Of a stretch of DNA of 42,535 nt, positions 42,059 to 42,535 are shown in pieces (position 1 is the first letter of the stretch; each line of letters begins with the position of its first letter). This DNA comes from an uncultured Candidatus Saccharibacteria bacterium. GTDB lineage: Bacteria > Patescibacteriota > Minisyncoccia > Phycocordibacterales > UBA2100. Where the stretch lies: positions 1-42,535 of the forward strand of contig CAYMRY010000002.1 of the NCBI GenBank assembly GCA_964393065.1, read 5' to 3'. The notes under the pieces are model-generated. The model searched no databases. It saw nothing but the letters and a program-made list of their open reading frames with translations, and was not told the DNA's origin. The position numbers and the translations under genes are program-made.

Positions 42059-42514
42059 TTAGTACCAGGATCCCGTATACGGATCTTGCACCCATTGATG
42101 TGGATCGCGATCGCACGGGAAATTACCGTAATCGGAGCCCCAGTTACACATAGGATTGCCCCAAAAATCCTTCGTTCCCGCTGGTTGAGGATAGTACCCA
42201 CCTCCGTAACTATAGGTATCATATCCGTACGAGTAGCTTGGTGTGTACGAGTACGTCGGATTGGCATAGTTCACGTAGTTTGGCTGAGCGTAAGTGTACG
42301 GCATCTGGCCACCTGCGTAATTGTAGGGAGCGTACTGCTGCGTCGGCGTAAATTGCTGAAGCTGGAAGTTGTTAATGTACGACTGATGTGAATACATTGG
42401 CGCTGCGTATGCGTATTGCGCAGGATACTGCATTGCATGTGCCGTATACGCCGGGCGATACGTTCCCATGCCGAAACCTTGCTGTGTCGGCGTGGTCGGC
42501 CCCCACGAGTGCAC
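42059..42514 (-). CDS. Tyr/Gln/Pro-rich low-complexity protein with Cys-containing C-terminal module (5' end may lie beyond the window)
   Basis: About 110 aa are dominated by Y, Q, P, A, T and N, followed by FWGNPMCNWGSDYGNFPCDRDPHQWVQDPYTGSWY. The frame stays open upstream of the GTG at 42514 to the window edge. The antisense ORF 42044-42391 is Arg/Val-rich and unnatural. Confidence 0.5.
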   Translation of the reverse strand: MHSWGPTTPTQQGFGMGTYRPAYTAHAMQYPAQYAYAAPMYSHQSYINNFQLQQFTPTQQYAPYNYAGGQMPYTYAQPNYVNYANPTYSYTPSYSYGYDTYSYGGGYYPQPAGTKDFWGNPMCNWGSDYGNFPCDRDPHQWVQDPYTGSWY

Positions 42515-42535
42515 ATAGAGCTCAGCGCGTGGTGC

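Overview
This 42.5-kb window has roughly 50% GC and is gene-dense, with short operons and many single-gene units ending in clear rho-independent terminators. The content suggests an accessory-rich region of an uncultivated bacterium. It carries many small membrane-anchored or secreted hypotheticals, a sortase, a MacAB-like exporter and peptidoglycan-binding or trimming enzymes. A Patescibacteria/CPR-like origin is a guess only.

Recognisable content:
- A signal-transduction cluster: a histidine kinase, a CheB-CheR-PAS-histidine-kinase gene split by a frameshift, a receiver protein and a DHp-only mini-protein.
- An IS481-family insertion sequence.
- A 1005-aa secreted multidomain protein.
- A run of small stress/detox-type genes: VOC/PhnB-like (two genes), DUF378, CHRD, DUF1428 and YdeI.
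- A GC-rich islet encoding DUF1311/LprI-like and Cys-rich secreted proteins, and a separate GC-rich DUF4189 gene elsewhere in the window.
- A BTLCP cysteine peptidase, a GH15 glycosidase and two tandem M14 carboxypeptidase paralogues.
- An SDR, a sortase, an MFP/ABC exporter operon, an MBL-fold hydrolase and an RluA-family pseudouridine synthase.
- A PG-binding surface protein, an alpha/beta hydrolase, a SET-domain protein, a cold-shock protein and a PD-(D/E)xK-like protein.

I found no rRNA, tRNA or CRISPR array.

Most noteworthy observations:
1. An orphan near-consensus promoter plus a ~140-nt structured leader with a strand-specific terminator and a competing antiterminator pairing, directly upstream of the GH15 gene. 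This is a candidate riboswitch or attenuator.
2. A translationally coupled M14 pair in which the upstream copy has lost the metal and catalytic residues.
3. An unknown 361-aa protein followed by an SD-coupled 52-aa proline-rich micro-ORF.
4. The DHp-only protein abutting the IS.

All family assignments come from motif recognition by eye and need HMM or BLAST confirmation.
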